A stretch of DNA of 64,000 nucleotides, from positions 4,272,141 to 4,336,140 of the forward strand of contig NC_069006.1 of assembly GCF_001194135.2 (NCBI RefSeq), given 5' to 3'. Positions 27,401 through 42,337 of the stretch are shown in pieces. This DNA comes from Octopus bimaculoides. Lineage: Eukaryota. Under the pieces are notes generated by a model, which was not told the DNA's origin, made no database searches, and saw nothing but the letters and a program-made list of their open reading frames with translations. A program made the position numbers and the translations under genes. Position 1 is the first letter of the stretch. Each line of letters starts with the position of its first letter.

Positions 27401-30400
27401 GTCTCATTCTAGCTTCTCCACCTTCAGCTCCTTCCCTCGTCAGTGGTCCTTCACCATGTAGTTTTAGGGTACCCTGCTGCTTTTTTCACCTCAGTCTCCT
27501 ACTTCAGTGCCACCATACAATTGCTTTCTCGATTTTGTCTGAGGATATGTCCAATCCAGTTCAAGCGTTTGTGTCATGTTTTGTCACTGGTTCTGTTGAT
27601 GGCCATTGCTGCCTCTTGTGACATTTCAGACTCTTTGCAGCCACTCGATGTCAAGTATTGCTCTTAAGTATGTGAATTGGAAGCCGTCCACTGTTTGTCA
27701 CTTTCCAGTTTTCACATCTGTAGAGTAATACTATAGAGACTTACATTATATAAAGGTCACAAGTAGTAGCTAGGAAGAAGATTAAGACAGTGGTGATGGC
27801 GGACCAGAACAAACTCTCCAAGCTACGAGAAACGGAGCACACGAGAGGATGTGGTCAGTGGATCAGAGGATGGGTAGTTTCAATTCTACCAATTCACCAC
27901 TGTTAAGAACTGAAAGAGAGAGAAATGAAAAAGAAAAAAACCGTTTTGTCCTTACCTTGGCACATTGACGGAGAACATCAATTATCGTCTAGGAAAAGAA
28001 AGAGGAAAATTTGTTAAATACAGGGATATAAAAACATTTTAAAAAACCTTTGTTTTACATCAATTACACTGTGTAAAAAAAATTGTTTTGTGTGTCTTTG
28101 GTCAGTGAGTGTTATTTTCCATTTGCTTCTACCTAGAAATCAAATGATATGACTACTATTCTCTTCAAACTTCACTTTTGTAACCTGAACAACATTTTGA
28201 AACTGACCTATTTTTCCATTACATTTCAGCACTGATTTGCTGAAGCAGAAATATGGTTATAGCAAATATTTTGCTCAATACCACAGATCTGCTTGTCAGT
28301 TACTTGGCCTTAACCACTTGTCCCTTACTGGCTGACAATATGTGCATCTCTGATGATGAGCAGGAGTAGTGGGGGAGCATCACAGCCATGTGTTGAGAGG
28401 AATTCTTTGTGATTTGAATAAATGTAACAAAAGCAAATAGGAAATTGTGTGGAAGCTTTCTTATATGTGTACATATGTGTGTGCATGTGTAGTTAAGAAG
28501 CTTGCTTTGTGGTCATGTGGTTTCAGCTTCAGTCCCACTGCACAGCACTTTGGGCAAGTGTCTTCTGTTATAGCCCTGAATCAAATGTTTTGTGAGTGAA
28601 TTTGATAGATGGAAACTGTGTGTGCTTTACAGCCACATGTTTTCAGGTTCAGTCCTATAGCAAGGCACCATGAGCAAGTGCCTTCTCCTAAAGCCTCAGG
28701 GTTGGTCAATATCCTTGTGAGTGAATTTGGTAGGCAGAAACTGTGAGGAATCCTGTCATGTGTGGGAGTGTTTGTATTTGCTGCACACCAAACCCACCAT
28801 TTAATAAACAGTATTGATCTGTTAATTCCCCATACCTTGGGAGTTTTTGTCAAAGAAACTAATAGAATAAGCACAAGACTATTAAAAAAATAAGGACTTG
28901 GGTCAAATAGTTTGACCCTTCAAAGTGGTGCCCCAGCATGGTCACAGTCCAATGACTGAAACCAGTAAAAGATAAACAGAAGTGAATGTAGAAAGCCACT
29001 TACCCTCGGTGATAAAACTGGTGTGAGTTGTTGAACAGCTAGATTGCAATATTTATACGCCTGTCACAAGGAGAGAAAACAGAATCAATAGACAGAAAGA
29101 AGCCATGAAAGTCAGGGAATGAGACCCACACAATCTCCATTCCATTTCCTCACGCACGTCACAATCTTATCTCCTCACAAGGAAGATCCACACTAAGGGA
29201 AGTAAGAGGACAGCAACAGCAGCACCTGGTTCGCCTCAGTTGGGTTGGTGAAGATATTTGTTTAGGGCACTGGTTCTCCACCAGTTTTTTTTTTACCAAT
29301 AGACCCTTCTGCTAACTACTTTAGCCTGGTGGATCCCCATAACCACTCATTCAGTATTTTAAATCCAGGTTTTGTCCGTTAATGGGTGTGGCTGGATCTG
29401 CCTCAATGCCACAGCAACCGCCCTCACACCATCTCGTTCGGTTCTGGGAGTCTTCCTTTCTCAAACCAACCCTCCCAATCTTCTCCTCCACCTTTTCCTC
29501 GGTCTACCTTGCTTTCGCGCTCCATTTACATCAAACGCAATCACCCTCCTCAGAACATGCTCCTCGTCCCTCCTCATCCCATGCCACCCTATTTTGTTTT
29601 TCAGACAAGACGACAAAGGACCGATATACCTTGGCACTTCGCTGAACTCAAGAAAACCTGTCCTCCACAGCAAAAGTGTTACAGCTGCATCCCCTGGTGA
29701 AGGGGATTTGGCCTGTAACAGCCCTGTGCTGGCGCTATGTAAAAGGAACTCCTGCCAGCACTGTGTGAAAGTGCTCACGCTGGTGCCACATTAAAAGCAC
29801 CCAGCACACACTACAAAGTGGTTGGCATTAGGAAGGGCATCCAAGCCAAATCAGACTGGAGTCTAGGGCAGCTCTCTAGCTTGCCAGCTCTGGTCAAACT
29901 CTCCAACCCATGCCAGCTTGGAAAATGGATGTTAAAGGATGATGATGATAATGACATTAATTTGTGTAGGTTGAACTGTGCAAAATATTAGAGAAGGAAA
30001 TTTACAATAGATCCATCTAAGGCAAAATTTTTTTATGAGCCCTTAATAAATTATTGTAGAATCCCAATTTACTATTTTACTTGAGTGGACCTTGAAAATT
30101 TTGTATCGACCCCAGTTGAGAACTGCTGATTTCGGGTATATGGGGAGATAGAAGTGAAAAGTGAGGAAAGGATAAAAGGGAGAGAGAGAGAGAATTGAAA
30201 CCTGAGGGGCAGTGTTAAAGGGTGGAGTGATAAAGAAGGTGAGATAAGAGGAGGAGAGAAAGAAATAGAGAGGGGAGTGAGGAGAGGCGTGAGTTGTGTG
30301 ACTAGATGTGTGTGGTGTCACAAGAAGTGTGTGTGTGTGTGTGTGTGGTGTCACAAGAAGTGTGTGCATGTCTGTGTGAGAGAGAGAGAGAGAGAAGTGT

Positions 30401-33400
30401 CCAGCTGAGTGCAACAGGGCGAAAGGAAGTATTTTTGTCTTAGATAGAGAGAAAGGGAGAGAAAGAGTCACTCAAATGAGAGGGAGGGAAAGAGTGGCTG
30501 GAGTGAGAGAGGAAGAAACATGAGAGGGAGGAAGAAACAGGCATGATGAGAGGAGGAAAGACAACAGATGAGAAAAGTGATAGAAGTGATTGGGATTATC
30601 ATTCATGAACATGAGGAGTAGTGAGAGAGTAAATAGTAAGGAAGAGAGAGAGAGAAGGCAATGAAAACCCCCACTAAAATTTGACAAAGTCCTGTTTTGA
30701 GTTATTTCCCCCTTAACATGCTTACCTGATCATACTGACTTTCTGCAAAAAATAAACCACAACATTCACCATACAACATGGCCTTATTCACGGATATATT
30801 GGCCTGGTTCAATATATTCAATATCTTAAATGTCTCTTTGAAGGTTTCATTGGCTTCTCTATATTTACAACTGGAATTCTGTACATGAAGTAATCTGGTA
30901 GAAACAAAGAAATAAAGAGAAAGAATAATAACAATAATGTACATTGTTTTGTCTTGGTATAAAAGATGGGCTACAGCAAATATTCTGCTCAATACCACAG
31001 ATTTGCTTGTCAGTTGTTTGACTTTAACCAGTTGAGCATGTCCCTTGGTGGCTGACGATATGTGCATCTCTGATCACGAGCAGGAGTAGTGGGGGAGCAT
31101 TTGGAAGGACATTCAGCCGTACAAACCATGTGAAAGCAGACCTTGCAAGTGCTAGTGCAACATAAAAAGGATCCAGTCCACTCTGTAAAATGACTGGCAT
31201 TAGGAAGGGCATCCAGCCATAAAATCCATGCCAAAGCAGACTTCACCAATGCTAGTGCCACATAAAAAGTACCCACTCAGACTCTGTTAAGTGGTTGGCA
31301 TTAGGGAGAGCATCCAGCTGTAGAAACCATACCAAAACATACAGAGGAACTTGGCACAGTCCCCAAGCTTACTTTTATATCCTTCACCCTTTCGTTAGCA
31401 ACCCGGCTGAAGCCAGCTCTGGCTCTGAGTACAAATGTCTTGTTTTCTTAAGTTTTGAATTAAAATCTTCCACCAAACCTAAGTCATAGTTTATGTTCCT
31501 AATATTAGCTTAATAATAACGAAGTTATTTTACTAAATTCTTTGTTATATTTAAAGTAATTGAAAGAAACACAAAGCATCTCAAAATAAATACAGTAATG
31601 AAAGGGTTAAGTCTGGATATATGCTTTAACAAAGCAGAGGTAAAGTAATGTCTTCACACAACATATTTCTACCACTGCTGCACAAGACCCCAAAACACCC
31701 TCTGTCATCATCAATGATAAACATTATTCTTCATAAGAGTTCCGATAAGTCCATTTTTTAAGCACACAGGTATGTTAATGTCTATCAACACAATACTTAC
31801 CAACTCCTGTCAAACCATACCAGCATGGAAGACAGACGTTAAATGATGATGATGGATATCAGCTGGCCTTCCTGATTTTAGCAAGAATTAGAAGAGCTCT
31901 TTTAATGGCAGTTCTTACCTGACATTACACTCTAACAATTTACATAGTCCACTGTAGGTTTTGTCTTGGTCACAAAGTAGCCGACATGTGTGGTAAACTC
32001 TCTCACTGCTGAAGAACCAACCAGATTCATTGAAGAAACTCGCTGAAATTAAGAGACAAATAAATTATTTGGAAATTTTAATTAAGCATTCAATATAGTT
32101 ATTTCTATAGAGAGAAAGAAAGGGAAAAGAGGGGGGATCAGGAGGGAGTGGGAAGAGATGGAGGGATGAGAGATGGGAGAGGGAGAGACAGGGAAGGGAG
32201 AGATGGGGACGGTGGGAGATAAGGAAAGAAGAAGGGAGTGACGGGGGAGGAAAAGACAAAGTGAGGAGGAGGGAGTTCTGTAACAATGGACTGTAAAAGA
32301 CAGAATCAGAACAATTTGTTTTTTTCGTAAGAAACTCCATTGTCTCACCGAGTGCAGTGCCAAGTTGGATGGCTTTGTTCCTCTCGTTCTCATTCAGATG
32401 GCCTGAAAGTTGGTAGCGTTTACAAAACTCATTGGCAAGGATCTCGTTCACCTGGGCCCCGTGGTCAATAAGTGCTTGAAAACAATGGTGCAGCAGACAC
32501 CTATTCACGAGAAAATAAAACAAAATATATAATCATCATCATAACAATTGCCACAGCCATCATCGTCATCATCATCACCACTACCACAACTACCATCATC
32601 ATCATCATCATCATTATCATCTCAGTCCTTCTGTCCATATTGTCAAGTCTGCCTCTTGCATTTCTTCTGACTATTTCCCTATCTTAACCCGTTGGCATTG
32701 AAACTGGCCACATCCATTATTTTACTTGTTTTATGTTCAAACCGGCCAGATCTGGCCTCTCACACCTACCCTACAATGCCATTCTAAAAATAGACAAAAA
32801 TGTCCTCAAAATCTCAAAAGCTACAAGTTAATGCATGATTAATTCAAAACCATGTGAATAAATAAGTAATCTGAATGCACTTCCAATTCGATCTGCAATC
32901 GCCCGTAGTACAACTAACCCATCATTTATTTTCTGAGATCACCTCAAAGCAGTTGCTCAATCTGGCAGAAACATAAACCAAATCTCCCTTGAATCATACC
33001 CTTTCTGTTCTGACCTCTATTCTTTTTGACTTCACAGTACACTGGAGATCAATCCTCCTCATCATCATCATTTAACGTCTGCCTTCCATGCTGGCATGGG
33101 TTGGACAGTTTGACAGGAGCCAGACAAGTAGAAGACTACCCCAGGCTACTGTATCTGTTTTGGCAGGGTTTTTACAGCTGGAAGCCCTTCCTAACACCAA
33201 CCACTCTGTAGAGTGGACTGAGTGCTTTTCACATGGTACCAGCACATGTGAGGTCAGTTTTGGCATAGTTTTTACAGCTAGATGCCCTTCCAGATGCCAA
33301 CCACTTCACAATGTGGACTGGATGCTTTACAAAGCAAAATTACTGACACATTTCACATGGAAAAAAGAATACAGCAAGAGTTGCCTGGAAACTAATTGTA

Positions 33401-33543
33401 GCAGTGAGACTCAAAAGAAAGCAAAGAAACTTTATCAGTTGGAAGAAGCAGTGAAAGAAATGATTTGGCTCGGCTGACTGGACATTCAGCCTGGTTTGGC
33501 AACAGTACTTTTCGGTGCTTGAGGCAGGCAGGCAGGCAGGCAG

Positions 33544-33614
<71 letters not shown>

Positions 33615-36600
33615 ACAGACCTCTTTCAGTTTCCATCTACCAAATCTTTTCACAAGGCTTCGGTTGGCCCAAGGATGTAGCAGAAGACACTTGTCCAAGT
33701 TGCCACGCAGTGGGACTGAACCCAGAACCACGTGGTTAGGAAGCAAGCTTCTTACTACACAGCTACACCTATGCCTGTGTGTGTGTGTGTGTGCCTTTCT
33801 CTGTGTTCCCCGCCACCACTTGACAACCCATGCTGGTGTGCTTATGCCCCTGTAACATAGCAGTTCGGCAGAGGAGATCAAGCAAGCTTAAAAAAAGAAA
33901 AAGTACTGGGGTTGAGTCGTTTGACTAAAAATCCTCGAAGACGGTGCCCCAGCATGGCCACAGTCCAATGACTGAAACAAGTAAATGGTAAAAAGATAAA
34001 AGATAATTCACAAAATAATAATTGTGAATAAATAAGCATTACATTTAATAGAGTCATCTGAATGCTAAGCAGTTGATATTATGTTGTGTTTCAGCATTGA
34101 TTAACCCCTGTGATACGAAAGCATCTGAGACTCCACTTGGTTCTACAATGCAAACGTTCCTGTTTTAAAGTGATCTCAATTAAAACTTCCCATTGAAAAG
34201 TCATGTTAATTTATGTCCCGAACACCAGCTTAATAACGACCGAGTTATTTTTATAAACTCTTCATCATTTTCAAAATTAACTGAAACAAAAGCAGTGTGT
34301 TTCAACAGAAATATAGTAACAAAACAGTTCATTAATTATTATTTAATTAATTATTATTATCTGTGCTGAAGGTTAAATAAATAGAAATAGAATTGAAGAT
34401 CCAGTGAGATGAGGAAAATAAAGCTATTTTTATGTGTCAAGCCAATGTTTTTAAAACAATACACTAAAAGATACTATCTCCAATAAATTTACTTTTTCCT
34501 GACCCATGTATCATCTATGTATCATAATTACATTAATTATGATACATAGATGGCTATTTCAATCGAATATTGCTTCTGTTTTATGTAACAGCTTTTTGCA
34601 ATAAAAGATATTTATTATTAGCCTACAGAGCTAACTAAAGTAACAATTATTATTTTTATTATATTACAGACACCAAATTTTTTTCAAATATTAATCATGT
34701 TTGTTTGAGATAGCAAGCATCATCAATAGATGCTGGTGTGGCTGTGTGGTTAAGAAGCTTGCTTCCCAACCCTTCGGTGTTGGGTTCAATCCCACTGCAC
34801 AGCACTTTGGGTAAGGATCTTCTACTTATAGAAGCCCCAGACTGACAAGTGCCTTGTGAGTGGATTTGGTAAACAGGAAACAGAAAGAAGGCCATCGTGT
34901 GTGTGTGTGTGTCCATGTGTCCCCCCGTGTGTGTGTCAATCCGTCCTCGTCTAGACATCACATGATGATTGTAAATGAACATCACTGTCATGCAAGCGAG
35001 GTTGTTTGTTTCCAGTCTTCTATGAGAAAAATAAGCCTGGCCATGGGGAATTATTACCTTACTTGGAAATAGATGGGGGTTGGCGACAGGAAGAGCATCC
35101 CCCTCTAGAAGTTCTGCCTCAGTATTCCCTGCCTGACCCATGTAGGCAGGAAAAAGCAGACATCAAACAATAACAATAACCTCGTGTCTCTGATGACAAT
35201 GATCAGAAACAAGGGAGAAAAGGAAGATTGTAAAACACCACCAAAGCAACAAAGGGTAACATGAAAGAATAAGGTCAAGAGGTGGGGTAAGGTAATAATA
35301 GACAGGTAAAAGAATGAAGACGTAAGTCAGACACTTACCTTTTGTCAAGGACTTTTAATATTTTAGCAAAATTATCAATTTCTGCCAAATCCGTTCCGAG
35401 CGTATATAAATTTCCTTTCATATAAAGCTGTGAGAAAAAAGGAAAAAAAATAAAGAATACTGATGAATTTTAACAAGGTCCTACATATTTTGGGGTAGAT
35501 TTAAGGCTGACTGAATTGGTTATTGGCTCAGGATCAAGCACATAGGACAAATGTAAATACTAAAAGGTATATCATTCCTTCTAACACTACTTTTACCATT
35601 CTTATTTCTTTACTGCCCACAAGGGGCTACACACAGAGCGGACAAATAAGGACAGACAAACGGATCAAGTCGATTATATCGACCCCAGTGCATAACTGGT
35701 ACTTATTTAATCGACCCCGAAAGGATGAAAGGCAAAGTCGACCTCGGTGGAATTCGAACTCAGAACGTAGCGGCTGACGAAATAGCGCTAAGCATTTAGC
35801 ACGTCGCGTTAATGTTTCTGCCAGCTCACCGCCTTTTACCATTCTCATACTATCACATAACAATTTTTAGGGAAAAAAAATCATATCTGTATCTTTGTGA
35901 ATGGCATTAGCAACATATGTGAAGGGATTCCCACTGGAAATTGAACCTGAGTTGGCAGAGGTGGGGGGGGGGGAATAACAAATATAAACAGCTGGTGCCA
36001 TGTAAAAAGCACCCATGCTGGTACCGTGTAAAAGTGTCTGTGCTGGTGCCATATAAAATGCACCTATGCCAGTGCCATGTAGAAAGGACACATGCTGGTG
36101 CCATGTAAAAAGCACCCAAGACACTCTGTAAAGTGGTTGGCATTATGAAGAGCATCCAGCTGTAGAAACCAAGCCAAAACAGACTGGTTTTACCAGTTCC
36201 TGACAAGCCATCCAATCTATGCCAGCATGGAAAACAAACATTAAATGATGATGATGATGATATATGTGTTGTATGTGTATGTAAGTATATAGGTGTATAT
36301 TAACATATGTGTGTGTGTGTATATGTGAGTGTACAGTTTTCCATGCTTGTATGGGTCAGACAAAGTTTGTTGAGGCAGATCTTATGTAGCCAGATACTCC
36401 TCCTCTTGCCAACCCTCACCTGCTTTCAAGCAAAGTAATATTGCTCCATGGCCAGGCATGTTTTCTTAGAATATTGGAAAGGAACAACACTGCTTGTATG
36501 ACAGTGACAATCATTTACAACTGCAGCCTGACATCAAGACAAGAAAAGACAAACAGACAGACCCTCACACAAATATTTATATACATACATACATAAATAC

Positions 36601-39600
36601 GTTGATTTCATGCTAATTCATGTTCCAAACCAGTTTAATAATGACAAAATTATTTTACTGATTTCTTTGTTAGTTTGAAAATTAATTGAAATAAGAACAG
36701 CGTATTTCCACAGAATTATGGTAGTAAAAGGAGTAAAGACCACCTGAGAATAAATATATCGAAGACAATACACAGAATTTAAACAGAAACCAGTTTGTGA
36801 AGGTTTAGCGTGAAACACAAAACAGCTGACAACTGAAAAATAACATAAAATGATAAAGGAAACAGCAAAAACAACATGTTAATCCCTTTATCCTATAATA
36901 AATGAGATCATCGCCAACATCATTTTTACGTCTGCTTTCCATTCTAAGCATGGTTGGCTCATTTAACAGGATCTGATGAGTCAGAAGATTGCATCATGCT
37001 TCAGTGTCTCAGTTTTGGCAGGGTTTCTAGGGATGAATGCACTTTCTGAGACCAACCACTTTACAGAGTGTACTGGGTGCTGTTCTTGTGTCACCAATAC
37101 CAGTAAGGTTACCTTGCAGCTTGCATGAGTAAAGAGCCTAAGGAGAGAGAGAAAGAGAGAGAGAGAGAGAGGAGGGGGCACTACTAACGAAAGGAGAGAG
37201 AGAGAGAGGCACAACAAATGAAAGGAAAATAAGAGAGGGAGTGAGAGATGAGTTTATGCAAGATTATGAGAACAGGTAGAGCAGGGGATCTCCACCATTT
37301 TTTTACCTATGAATGCCCTTGATTACTGTTTCATTTTGGTGGAACACCCACTCCACTTCAATATTTAAAAACTAGTTTCATAGACACTTCTTTCAAAATT
37401 ACTATTTTGTTTTCCCCACATTAACTTATATAGGTTGAACTATGTAAAATGCTAGAGAAAGAAACCTAGCTGTTTCTTGCAATACATACATCTAAAGAAA
37501 AAGTTTTTCAGGGTCCCTCAAAAAACTATTGTTGATCCCCAGTTTACTATTTTGCTACATGGGGCCCCCAAAATCTTATATGGACCATCAAGAGCCATAT
37601 GAACACCAATTGAAAACCACTGGGGTAGAATATGAGGAGAGGAATAGCTCTATTGTTGTGAGGGGGGTGGTAATGAAGCGAGCAAGAAAGTAGTCAGTGT
37701 TAGGGGGGGGGGATATTGAAGGGGGAAGGGGAAGAGATTTGTACAAGGGGCTAGCAAATAACTCCTATAAAGGTGTAGACAACTGGGTTTTAAAAATGTA
37801 ACAAATAAGTTAAAGTGATCTCAACTAAAAGCTTCCATCAAAATTTCATGTCAATTTGTGTTCCAAACCCCAGGTTAATAATGACAGTTATTTCAATAAA
37901 TTCTTCCCTATTTCCAAAATCAACTGGAACGAAGGCAACGCATTTCAACAGAAATACAAGGGTAACAAAAGAATTAAGTATGCATTTCCTCTGCCAAAAA
38001 TTTCTATTCCGTTGCCAAAGTAAGAAATTACCATAATAAGTAAAATCATTAGCCACATAGTTGATTAATTATCGAAGCAGTACTAAAATGAGAGATGTTG
38101 GTCCTACAACCTAGATGAACGAATTCCATGCCACACCTACCATTTCCAGTTAGAAACGCTCCACTCACTAATGATTTTTTTCTTTTTATATACAATTTTA
38201 TTGTGATCAAGGCTTGAGGCCACTATAGTGTAAGGGACCGCAAAGAAGGAAAAGAAGGGGGTCTACTAATTCAAAAGATGTAGATCGCCAAAAAGCTTAG
38301 AGGACTGAATATTGTAAAGCAGAGGAAAGCAAGGCAATGGTCAGGAGTTCCAGTTTGAGGAAGGAAACTATCAAAGCAAAAGGAGTTATGACTAAGAGGA
38401 AACTCGACAGAGAAATGATGCAGTTGGGACGAGAAATGGGTGACATGTTTAAAAGGTGTTGACAGAAGGTACGAGAGCAGAAAGTTCAGAGTAATAACCA
38501 TGGAAATACTTATGGATAAGACACAATAAGGATACATTTCGATGATGAGGCAAAGACTCCAACCTAGTGGAAAGAAGAGGAACTTGAGGAAGGCATAAAC
38601 AACACTCAGTCATTTGCAAGTCTAAGGGCTCAAACCCCTCATCGTCCTTATTTTTGTGGGTTCTTGTTCTAGAAAATCTTTTTCAAAGATAAAAAAGGAA
38701 AACACAACATTTTCCAATTCCAATTTAGGTACAAAGCTAGTTATTTTGAGGGGAGGGGGCAAGACAATCACACAACTCCAGTACTTGGCTGGTACTTATT
38801 TCATTGACCCTGAAAGGATGGAAGGTAAAGTTGCCCTCAGCAGAATTTGAACTCAGAATGTAAAGAGCCAAAAGAAATACCACGAAGCCTTTTTGTCCAC
38901 AACACTACAAATAATGATTCTTTCTCATTTTGAGGAGATTGGGGGGTGCGGGTGGGGGGGAGAAGTCAATTGTATAACCCCAGTAATTGACTGGGACTTG
39001 ATTTTCTTGACCTTGAAAGTACGAGCAACAAAAATAACTTTGGCAGCATTTGAACCCAGGACGTAAAGACAATGTGAGACTAAGTTATAGGGACATAAGC
39101 AATAAACACACCAGCACTGGTTGTCAAGCAGTGGGAAAGGGAAGGGGACAAACACAGGCACACACACACACACACATGGTGGACTTCTTTCAGTTTCTGT
39201 CTACCAAATCCACTCACAAGACTTCAGTCGGCCCAGGGCTATAGTATAAGACACTTTTGAAAAGTACCATGCAGTGGAACTGAACCTGGAACCATGTGGT
39301 TGGGAAGCAAACTTCTTACCACACAGCCACACCTGCACCCAATAAGTATGAAAACACATTAATTCTAGTTGAAAATGGAGGAATTGTTTTCTCAATACAT
39401 AACACTTCTAGGGAAAAGGAAGTGATGCAGCAACTTTGCTGAAAGGCAGCAACATCCAGTGCTTTGATCAACAGATTTGCTGAATCAGGAACCACTTAAG
39501 GGTTAAACCCAAACAAAATATTCCATGACCCAGCAGAAACAATCACATTCCAGCAGAGATATACTTTATTAAAGACTGCCTCGCACTAAATAATATACTC

Positions 39601-42300
39601 CTTCATCTTTTACTTGTTTCATTCATTAGAGCATGGCCATGCTGGGGCACCGCCTTGAAGTTTTAGTTGAATGAACTGACCCTGGTAATGATCTTTCGTT
39701 AAGCCTGGAACTTGGTCTGTCAGTCTCTTTTGCCAAACTGCTAAGTTACAGGGAGATGAACATACCAACACCTGTTGTCAAGAGATACTGAGGGACAAAC
39801 ACACACACACACAAACATATACGACAGGCTTCTTTCAGTTTCCGTATATCAAATCCACTCATAATGCTTTGGTCAGCCCAAGGCTATAGTAGAAGACATT
39901 TGCCTAACTTACCATGCAGTGGACTGAACCCAGAACCATGTGCTTGGGAAATAAGCTTCTTACCACACAGCCATGCTTCATAAAACAGAGATCAAAATGG
40001 GAATAAATAGTGAAGAAGAAAGACATTTTCTAAAGACCAGTCAGGATTGATCCTGTAGCTGCAGGCCTGGGCAAGGATTTTGTTGTGAAAGGCTGACAGT
40101 TATGGATGACTACTAATAGTCACCAACAACCTAATCCTACCTCCATTTTTTGTACTGACACAGATCGGATGGTTTCACCGGATCCAGCAAACCTCAGGGC
40201 TGCTTTGAGCTCCGATGTCAGCTTTGGCTTGGTTTCTACGATTGGATGCCATTCTTAACATCAACCACTTTACAGAGTTTACTGGGTGCATTTTTTTTTT
40301 TTTATGCTACTGGCACTAGTGAGGCCATTAAGTGAATTGTAAGCCAGAAAAAGAACAGGAAAAAGTCCCATGACAAAGTGGAGAGGGTGGTTTTAAACCA
40401 GGTACTGCAGGGGTTTTTAAACTGTGGTTCGCGGACCACAGGGGGTCCGTAGACAGCAAATACTTTTTATGGGCAATTTGATTTTATATATGTTTTTTAA
40501 TCGAAATCTTTTAATTGACAATAAACCTATTTGTTAAATACTGTTAAATAAATAAATGTAAAAATGTTATTTTAAGCAAATATTTATGTATAAATTTCAT
40601 AAGCGTTTATAAGGAGGTCCCTAAGGTAAAGCCTGAAATATAAAGGGGTCCGCAAGTCAAAAAGTTTGAAAACCCCCGAGGTACTGAGAGGCTAAATTAC
40701 AACAGAGGGACAAGTGTAGGTGACTTGCTATAAATGGCACCCCACATTATATAAGGGTTGGAGGGAATAGATGAGAAGATAAAAATGGTAGTAATGGGGT
40801 GTCAGAACAAACTCTCAAGGTACAAGAAGGTGAGCATACAGAGAAAAAGAGAGTGGGTGCTTTCATAATGTGAGGGGAGAGTAACAGATGGTTAGGAATG
40901 GGGTAGAGGTGATGAACAAGGGTGGAGGAGCAGAGATGGGAAATATCAGTATGAAGAGGTGGGTAAGATGAGAGAGGCAGAAGTGGCTCAGGAAGAAAGA
41001 TGGATCAAAAGGTGTAGGAATGAAGGGGTGATGCACGAGGTCTGTGAATGGTGGAAAGAGAGACGTAGGGGTACATAAGGGTGGCTATAGTGAGCATGAT
41101 GATGGTTATGAGAGGGCACTGAGAATGGTAGTACGTATGTGAGGTGTTAATATGGAGCACTGTAGAAGGGAGAGATAACTGTAGGCATAGAAAAGAGATG
41201 ACTAGTGAAAATAGGGACAAGAAGGGAGAATAATGAGATCAAGGGATTGAAAAGGTTCATAGGAGAGGGCATGTGTACTGACTCCCGAGTGATCACAGTT
41301 GTAGAGTAGTACTGTAGATAGAGGAGTGATGGAGGACTGGATGTTAGGGGAATGAGATGTGGAGAATGCTTGAGGGGACAGAATGGGTGTATTGTCCAAG
41401 AGAAAGGCTGTCACTTTAGGTCAATGGTTCTCAACTATTTTTTCCCTACGGTTCGTTTGATTACTTTTTAAACAACCATTCAACGTTTAAAAAGTCATAT
41501 TATATTTTTATAATTAAATATTATTAGGAATTGTATGAAAAAATTGTTAAAATACTTTGGGTGTTGTAGAAGTATCACGGAATAGAGCGTTACATGGTGG
41601 AGACTGAGCTGGTGGGAAGAAGAGCAAGTGGAAGGCAGAGACTGAAGATGAAGAAGAGAATGAACATGCAGAGCGAGAAAGGACCTGGGTGATGCTGCAA
41701 GAGATGAAAATAAATGGAGGAGTAACAAGCCACGATTCGTCAACGGCATGAATATGCCATGACACGAGAGAGAGAGAGAGAGAGAGAGAGGTATAACCAA
41801 TTTATTGCTGACAAATTTTAACAAAATCTTATATGGACCTACAAGGGCCATATGGACCCTGGTTGAGAATTACTGTTTTAGAGTCTGATACAACCTGGTA
41901 CCAGAGTCATCATCCTAGATGTTGCTGTCGGAATACAAAGTGTCTAGAGTGAACACCACAAGGTATACCATATGGCACTCTTATGTTACTCCAATTTACA
42001 ACCCTTGATTTGTACACATTTACTAACTCCTGAAATGATGGGCAGTCAAATACTGTTAGACAGTCTATTGAATACACTAATTAACGACTCTGCTAATTGG
42101 TCAACTTTTATTTTCCTAATTATTCATCACAGCATGGCTGTGTTGTTAAGAAGCTCGTTTGGCAACCATAGGGTTTCGGGTTCAGTCCCACTGCACAGCA
42201 TCTTAGGCAAGTGTCTTCTATTACAGCCCGAGGCTGACCAATACCTTGCGAGTGAATCTGGTATATGGAAACTGCATGGAAACCTGCCATATATGTATAT

Positions 42301-42337
<37 letters not shown>

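Noticed and set aside
40700-41410. Purine-biased unique stretch as a decayed retroelement ORF
   Set aside because: No motif could be recovered with confidence; left unassigned.
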